Origin: Gemmatimonas sp.
GTDB lineage: Bacteria; Gemmatimonadota; Gemmatimonadetes; Gemmatimonadales; Gemmatimonadaceae
Direction of reading: 5' to 3'
Assembly (NCBI GenBank): GCA_031414535.1
Contig: JANNVQ010000053.1
Coordinates: 51,997-115,996, forward strand
Length of the DNA stretch: 64,000 nt
Shown here: positions 59,002 through 64,000 of the stretch, piece after piece
Numbering within the stretch: position 1 is the stretch's first letter
How the letters are laid out: every line of letters begins with the position of its first letter
Made by a program: the position numbers and the translations under genes
The notes under the pieces: generated by a model
Told to the model about the DNA's origin: nothing
Seen by the model: the letters and a program-made list of their open reading frames with translations, nothing else
The model's database searches: none

Positions 59002-59753
59002 AGCTTCCGGAGCGACTGCTCCTCGACCATCCCGCCTCCAGTCCAGCGACAGAGCGCGACGCGATCCGACGTAATGCGCAGGAACTGCGGCGCGTCGAGC
59101 CAGGCCCCGGGATTGGCGAACACGCCGCGCGAGGGGCGCTCGAGAGTGGCCACATGGGAGTGGCCGAACACAAGCAAATCTGGCGCGACGGCGGCACTGA
59201 GGCGCGCATGCGCCACCTTACGCAATCCCTCGCCCCCATCGCGGGGACGCATGTTCCGACTCGTGTGCGAACTGCGCAGCGCGAGCGCCGTGCCCCAGTC
59301 GGGATGCAGCCACGCGTAGGCACGCACGGCCCAGGGATGCCGCAGGACGCGGCGCAGACGGCGGTAGGGCGCATCCTCCTCCTCACGCAGGCCGTCGCCG
59401 TGCTCAATTGTCGTGTTCCACCCGGCAAGCTCGCCGGTCCACGGTCCCACGTGGTAGTTCACGCCCACGTCGCGCCGCAACGCGTCTCCGCCCCAGCAGT
59501 CGTGATTGCCGGCAATCCACAGCACCGGCAGTCCCATATCCACCAGGCGGGCGAGTTCGCCCATCACGCGCAGGCCCGCACGCGGGAGCACGTGCTTCCA
59601 CTCGAACCAGAAGTCGAACAGGTCGCCGTTGATGACCAAGGCCCCCGCGTCTCCCGGCAACGAGCGCAGGAACGACACCAGTTCGCGCTCGGCGTGCTCC
59701 GGAGCGACGCCGATGTGCGCATCGGACAACAGGTAAACGGGGCCGGGGAGCAT
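58998..59753 (-). CDS. UDP-2,3-diacylglucosamine diphosphatase-like metallophosphoesterase (LpxH-like)
   Basis: SDAH, GDLFDFW, GNHD, HGD, GHSH. Confidence 0.8.
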   Translation of the reverse strand: MLPGPVYLLSDAHIGVAPEHAERELVSFLRSLPGDAGALVINGDLFDFWFEWKHVLPRAGLRVMGELARLVDMGLPVLWIAGNHDCWGGDALRRDVGVNYHVGPWTGELAGWNTTIEHGDGLREEEDAPYRRLRRVLRHPWAVRAYAWLHPDWGTALALRSSHTSRNMRPRDGGEGLRKVAHARLSAAVAPDLLVFGHSHVATLERPSRGVFANPGAWLDAPQFLRITSDRVALCRWTGGGMVEEQSLRKL

Positions 59754-59759
59754 CGGAGA

Positions 59760-59811
59760 ATGCTACGCAGGAACGCGAGCCTTTACAAAGGGCCGCGCCC
59801 CTCGGTAGACT
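59760..59811. promoter_or_regulatory. Bidirectional promoter with overlapping -35 boxes
   Basis: Plus strand TTTACA(59782)-N18-TAGACT(59806)-N7-ATG. Minus strand TTGTAA(59788-59783)-N17-TAGCAT(59765-59760)-N6-ATG. Confidence 0.6.
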
Positions 59812-59818
59812 CGCCGCT

Positions 59819-60256
59819 ATGGAGAGTCGTTCTGAGATTCGAGTCCGCTACGCCGAATCCGACCAGATGGGGGTCGCGTACCACGCCAATTACTTGGTCT
59901 GGTGCGAGGTCGGGCGCACCGATCTCATCCGGCAGTTGGGCATGAGCTACGCCGAGATGGAGCGGAGCGGCGTACTGCTCGCCGTGGCCGACGTGCAGCT
60001 GCGCTACCACGCCTCGGCGCGCTATGACGACCTCGTGAGGATCGTCACCCACCTGACGGGGGTACGTTCCCGTATGGTCACTTTCACGTACGAACTCTTC
60101 AAGGTCCGCGACGACGGCTCTGCCGGCGAGCGCCTCGCCACGGCGGCTACCACTCTCGTCTCGCTCGACCGAGAGGGAAAGCCGGCGGCCCTTCCTCCGG
60201 AGATGCGGGATTTGCTGGCGGCCGCGTTGCCGCACTCATCCGGAGTGCCGCAGTGA
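59819..60256 (+). CDS. YbgC/FadM-family acyl-CoA thioesterase
   Basis: RVRYAESDQMGVAYHANYLVWCEVGRT. Confidence 0.9.
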   Translation: MESRSEIRVRYAESDQMGVAYHANYLVWCEVGRTDLIRQLGMSYAEMERSGVLLAVADVQLRYHASARYDDLVRIVTHLTGVRSRMVTFTYELFKVRDDGSAGERLATAATTLVSLDREGKPAALPPEMRDLLAAALPHSSGVPQ

Positions 60257-60735
60257 AGCGACTTTTCGTCCTCTGCCTGCTCGCACTCTCGGGCTGCTAC
60301 GGCTTCGCCGGTGGCGGGTTGCCTCCACACGTGCGCACCGTGGCCGTTCTGCCATTCGACAACGAGACCACGAGCCCCGAGCTTCCTCGTGAACTGCAGG
60401 AGGGCCTTCGTGATGGTCTCCAGTCCCGGCTCGGCCTGCGGGACGCCACCGAGGAGCGCGCGACGGCCGTCGTCCGCGGTCGCATTACCCAGTACTCGTT
60501 CGATGAACCCGTCGCCTTCTCCGCGGATCCCACGCAAGCCACCTCAGCTCGGCGTCGGCTCCGTGTCCAAGTGAATATTGAGATCGTCGATCAAGTGACC
60601 GGGCGAGTGCTGTGGTCGAAGAGTGGAATGACGGCCGAAGGCGAGTACGCCGAACGCAATGAGATTGCGGGACGACGGCAAGCCATCGACCGCATCGTGA
60701 ACGACGTCATCGAGGGAGCACAGTCGCAATGGTAA
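60253..60735 (+). CDS. lptE: LptE-like LPS-assembly lipoprotein
   Basis: Lipobox LSG-C, YGF, RTVAVLPFDNET, C-terminal W. Confidence 0.7.
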   Translation: MKRLFVLCLLALSGCYGFAGGGLPPHVRTVAVLPFDNETTSPELPRELQEGLRDGLQSRLGLRDATEERATAVVRGRITQYSFDEPVAFSADPTQATSARRRLRVQVNIEIVDQVTGRVLWSKSGMTAEGEYAERNEIAGRRQAIDRIVNDVIEGAQSQW

Positions 60736-61091
60736 GTCGCCTGCACGCGCGTCCTGGCAAGGGCACCATAGGCTGCCTGTTTTCAATTTTTATCGTGATT
60801 GCGCTTGGCTATTTCGGTCTCAATACTGGACGCCATTTCTGGCTCAATTACCAGTACGAAGATCGGATGAAGCAGGAGGCGCGGTTCGCCGCGAAGCGTA
60901 GCGACCAGACCATCCAACGTCGTCTGAGCAGCTATGCCGATTCGCTCGGGCTTCCCGAGACCGCGCAGCGCGCGCGCGTGCGTCGTCGCGCCGGTACCAT
61001 CGAAATCTGGGCCGACTACTACGTGATCATTGAGTTCCCGGGGATCGTGCGCGAGGTGCACTTCGAACCCCGAGCGGTGGGCACCTTTTGA
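60729..61091 (+). CDS. Hypothetical protein with pilin-like N-terminal TM helix
   Basis: Basic leader ARPG-K, hydrophobic helix [17 protein letters not shown]; overlaps both neighbours. Confidence 0.65.
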   Translation: MVSRLHARPGKGTIGCLFSIFIVIALGYFGLNTGRHFWLNYQYEDRMKQEARFAAKRSDQTIQRRLSSYADSLGLPETAQRARVRRRAGTIEIWADYYVIIEFPGIVREVHFEPRAVGTF

Positions 61092-61576
61092 GCGCGGTCG
61101 GGCCAGCTGCCATCAAGGTCATGACCCGTGCCGAGGCCTTGGCTTGGCGCGCGCGGTGCGAGGGGCCCGTGGTGTTCACCAATGGCGTCTTTGACCTGTT
61201 GCATCCCGGGCACGTAGACGTGCTCGAGGGTGCGCATGCTGAAGGCGCGCATTTGATTGTTGGCGTGAACAGCGATGCCTCGGTCCGTCGTCTGGGCAAG
61301 GGGCCCGAGCGTCCCATCCGCAGCGAGCGTGAGCGTGCGTATGTGCTCGCCGCGTTGGCCGCAGTGGACTGCGTTGTGGTGTTCGACGAAGACACGCCAG
61401 CGGAACTCGTGGCGTCGTTGCAGCCCGACGTCATCGTCAAAGGCGGCGACTACCGCCCCGAAGATGTAGCCGGCGCTGCAACCGTGCGTGCCCGCGGCGG
61501 CCGCGTTGTCATCATTCCCATCACGCCGGGGCATTCCACCACGGCCACCGTCAACCAACTGCGATCCAATGGCTGA
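61088..61576 (+). CDS. rfaE2: D-glycero-beta-D-manno-heptose 1-phosphate adenylyltransferase (HldC/RfaE2)
   Basis: [33 protein letters not shown]. Confidence 0.9.
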   Translation: MSAVGPAAIKVMTRAEALAWRARCEGPVVFTNGVFDLLHPGHVDVLEGAHAEGAHLIVGVNSDASVRRLGKGPERPIRSERERAYVLAALAAVDCVVVFDEDTPAELVASLQPDVIVKGGDYRPEDVAGAATVRARGGRVVIIPITPGHSTTATVNQLRSNG

Positions 61577-62291
61577 TCTCCGTCCCAATGGCCGCGCGCT
61601 CGACGCGTTGCGCCCCATGCACATCGAACGACACGCCGCTCCTAACGCCGAGGGCTCCTGTCTGATTTCGTTCGGCAACACGCGCGTCCTCTGTGCGGTG
61701 TCGGTCGAAGACGGCGTTCCCGGATGGAAGAAGGGCAAGGGTGAAGGTTGGCTCACCGCCGAGTACGCGATGCTCCCTCGCGCCACGCACACGCGCTCGC
61801 CGCGCGAGCGAGGGCAGGTGGGAGGGCGCACGCAGGAGATTCAGCGCCTCATCGGCCGGAGCGTGCGTGCCATGCTCGACGATTTCAAGTGGGGTGAGTA
61901 CACGTTGAAGGTGGACTGCGATGTGCTGCAGGCCGACGGGGGCACGCGCACGGCGGCAATCACTGGCGCTGCAGTGGCCGTGGTGGATGCTTTCGAGTGG
62001 ATGCAACGCACGGGTCGCGTGAAGGTCTCCCCGGTGAAGCGTCGTGTAGCAGCGGTGAGTGTAGGCGTCGTGGATGGACGTCCCGTGCTGGACCTCGAGT
62101 ACAGCGAAGACGTACGCGCCGATGTTGATGCGAACGTGGTGATGGCGAGTGCGGAGCGCTTTGTTGAGGTGCAGGGCACGGGCGAGCACGGCACCTTCTC
62201 GCGTGCGGAGCTCGACGCATTGCTCGATCTCGCGCAGGCGGGAATTCGTGTGCTCGACGCCGCACAGGCGACGGCGCTGGCCTCGCGCTGA
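61569..62291 (+). CDS. rph: Ribonuclease PH
   Basis: [49 protein letters not shown]. Confidence 0.96.
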   Translation: MADLRPNGRALDALRPMHIERHAAPNAEGSCLISFGNTRVLCAVSVEDGVPGWKKGKGEGWLTAEYAMLPRATHTRSPRERGQVGGRTQEIQRLIGRSVRAMLDDFKWGEYTLKVDCDVLQADGGTRTAAITGAAVAVVDAFEWMQRTGRVKVSPVKRRVAAVSVGVVDGRPVLDLEYSEDVRADVDANVVMASAERFVEVQGTGEHGTFSRAELDALLDLAQAGIRVLDAAQATALASR

Positions 62292-62304
62292 CGCACTGTC
62301 CGCG

Positions 62305-62982
62305 ATGCCGATGCGCACGCCACTTCCGCTTGTGCTGGCCACGCGTTCAGCAGGCAAGATTCGCGAACTGCGCGCGCTCAGTGCTGCCCTCGGCTACGCC
62401 AGCGACACGCTCGACGCGCTTGGCGTCGCGGAGACGTCCGCTGAGGACGGCATCGAATGTTTTGAAACGTTTGCCGAGAACGCCGAGGCGAAGGCACGCT
62501 ACTTCGCGGCGCTGCTGCCGGGGCGAGTCATCTTCGCCGAGGACTCTGGCTTGGAGGTGGATGCCCTCGGTGGAGCGCCGGGCGTACGAAGCAAGCGGTG
62601 GGCGGGGAGTCCCGCGTTGGGCGCGCAATTGGATGCAGATAACAACGCCGCGTTGCTGCACGCACTTCGGCGAGCGGACGCCCGTGCTGTAGGGGCTGCA
62701 GCCGTTGTGCGGACGGCGCGCTATCGCTGCGTGGCGGTGTGCGTGAGCGAGGCGAACACGTGGCGCGGCGAGGGGCAGGTGGACGGCGTGATTACGATGG
62801 CGCCCCGCGGAAGTGGTGGCTTCGGATATGATCCGTACTTTGAGAGCACCGAGCTGGGTAAGACCTTTGCTGAGGCTCTCCCCGAGGAGAAATCGCGCGT
62901 GAGTCATCGCGCGCGCGCGCTGCGGGTGTTGTTTGCAGAGGCAAATGCGGCGTTGCAAGAGCGAGTGCAACGTGTCAGTTGA
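62305..62982 (+). CDS. rdgB: dITP/XTP pyrophosphatase (Ham1 family)
   Basis: ATRSAGKIRE, EDSGL, APGVRS, FGYDP, SHR. Confidence 0.9.
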   Translation: MPMRTPLPLVLATRSAGKIRELRALSAALGYASDTLDALGVAETSAEDGIECFETFAENAEAKARYFAALLPGRVIFAEDSGLEVDALGGAPGVRSKRWAGSPALGAQLDADNNAALLHALRRADARAVGAAAVVRTARYRCVAVCVSEANTWRGEGQVDGVITMAPRGSGGFGYDPYFESTELGKTFAEALPEEKSRVSHRARALRVLFAEANAALQERVQRVS

Positions 62983-63007
62983 CCTTGGGACGATGTGTGA
63001 CTATCCT
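62979..63007 (+). promoter_or_regulatory. sigma70-type promoter of the tRNA cluster
   Basis: TTGACC-N17-TATCCT. Confidence 0.65.
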
Positions 63008-63021
63008 TGGAGTCTGTTTTG

Positions 63022-63095
63022 CGGGGCGTAGCGTAGCCCGGTATCGCGCCTGCTTTGGGAGCAGGAGGTCGCCGGTTCGAATCCGGCCGCCCCGA
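63022..63095 (+). tRNA. tRNA-Pro(TGG)
   Basis: Anticodon arm cctgc-ttTGGga-gcagg; GTTCGAATC. Confidence 0.97.
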
Positions 63096-63165
63096 TTGCA
63101 GAGCTCTACGGGTAGTGCGCGAGAGTGGGGACTCGCGGTAGGATCGTCCGGACATTGCCGGTGAA

Positions 63166-63239
63166 GCGCCAGTAGCTCAGGTGGATAGAGCAACAGCCTT
63201 CTAAGCTGTGGGTCGGGGGTTCGAGTCCCTCCTGGCGCG
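63166..63239 (+). tRNA. tRNA-Arg(TCT)
   Basis: Anticodon arm acagc-ctTCTaa-gctgt; GTTCGAGTC. Confidence 0.97.
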
Positions 63240-63274
63240 TGTGGTTGGAGATGTGGTAGTGAGCAGAGTGTTTT

Positions 63275-63347
63275 GCGCCGTTAGCTCAATTGGCAGAGCA
63301 AGTGACTCTTAATTACTAGGTTGTAGGTTCGATTCCTACACGGCGCA
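63275..63347 (+). tRNA. tRNA-Lys(CTT)
   Basis: Anticodon arm agtga-ctCTTaa-ttact; GTTCGATTC. Confidence 0.96.
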
Positions 63348-63491
63348 TGCGGTATGAAGTTGTTGGTGGAGCGGGGCTTGCGCGAGTGAGGAAAGCCCAC
63401 TATCTTCATCGTCCCTTCGGCATTTGGTCGTCGAGGGGTCACGGGTTCGAAACGGACTTGTGAGTCGAGGCAAGAAAGTTTTTTGAAGGCC

Positions 63492-63520
63492 TTGACGAAC
63501 GTTGATTGATTAGGTATGCT
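63492..63520 (+). promoter_or_regulatory. rRNA operon promoter
   Basis: TTGACG-N17-TATGCT with an upstream A/T tract; boxA-like gctgattgaaaac at 63558-63570. Confidence 0.8.
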
Positions 63521-63736
63521 TAGAGGCTGTCGCGGAAACGCGGCGAGCACACGAAAAGCTGATTGAAAACTGAGACGAGAGAAATCGCAAAGTGTGTGGG
63601 GCGAACTCGATGATGTGAGAGCTAACAGGCACTCACGGAGAGATTTGACCTGTAATTATTTTTGTGATTCCGAATAACGCTGTCATGCCATCGGCAACGA
63701 CAGCGTGACAGCGATTCGGGAGAGCCTATTGGATTC

Positions 63737-64000
63737 TCATTGGAGAGTTTGATCCTGGCTCAGGACGAACGCTGGCGGCGTGCTTAACACATGCAAGTCA
63801 CGGGGGCCCGCAAGGGCAACCGGCGAACGGGTGCGTAACACGTGAGCAAGCTTCCGATTAGTGGGGGATAGCCGGCCTAACGGCCGGGTAATACCGCATA
63901 CGTTCACTGGACGGCATCGTCTGGTGAGGAAACCTCCGGGGCTAATCGAGGCGCTCGCGGCCTATCAGCTAGTTGGCGGGGTAATGGCCCACCAAGGCTA
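63737..64000 (+). rRNA. rrs: 16S rRNA, 5' part (runs off the window)
   Basis: AGAGTTTGATCCTGGCTCAG at 63744, GAACGCTGGCGGC, ACACATGCAAGTC; 5' end approximate. Confidence 0.98.

Noticed and set aside
63388..63398. GAGGAAAGCCC resembling the RNase P RNA 5' motif
   Set aside because: No matching 3' P4 strand and too little space before the rRNA promoter.
63435..63453. ggggtcacgggttcgaaac resembling a tRNA T-arm
   Set aside because: The T-stem does not pair and no cloverleaf can be built.

Overview
This is a GC-rich, gene-dense stretch of core bacterial chromosome, most likely Gemmatimonadota (Gemmatimonadaceae-like). That assignment is inferred from the 5' end of the 16S gene and from gene content. 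I found no prophage, IS element, integrase or CRISPR array. Gene order: tail of a cobalamin/iron-chelate ABC + TonB-receptor operon coupled to recO; clpB; tadA; two tRNA-Ser; pyrR-pyrB-pyrC plus an unknown Zn-ribbon protein; rpsT; a ~16-kb co-directional run (scpA-scpB-rluB, a MoxR/DUF58/Bat vWA cluster, mutL-miaA-bshA-uppP-birA-coaX); groES-groEL; SulP + beta-carbonic anhydrase; a five-gene coupled operon (Roadblock, single receiver domain, two sugar-nucleotidyltransferases, YycJ-like hydrolase); serS-pcrA; murA-pgeF; rimP-nusA-L7Ae-infB-rbfA-truB-ribF; secDF; tatD; fhs; ridA; LPS-related genes; rph-rdgB; three tRNAs; and the start of an rRNA operon. I could not establish a clearly new multi-gene system. 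The best leads are: (1) a 56-aa ORF absent from the ORF track, with a strong RBS, an ECF-like promoter and a single beta-propeller-blade-like sequence; (2) the Roadblock/receiver/nucleotide-sugar operon; (3) interleaved sigma54 and sigma70 promoters plus CIRCE, IHF-like and UAS-like sites at groESL, with a second sigma54-like site at clpB; (4) heptamer arrays that end exactly at SD-less start codons; (5) recurrent leaderless and bidirectional promoters; (6) active-site variants in MurA (Cys->Asp), MutL and an HxlR regulator. All product calls rest on recognised motifs; no database search was run.
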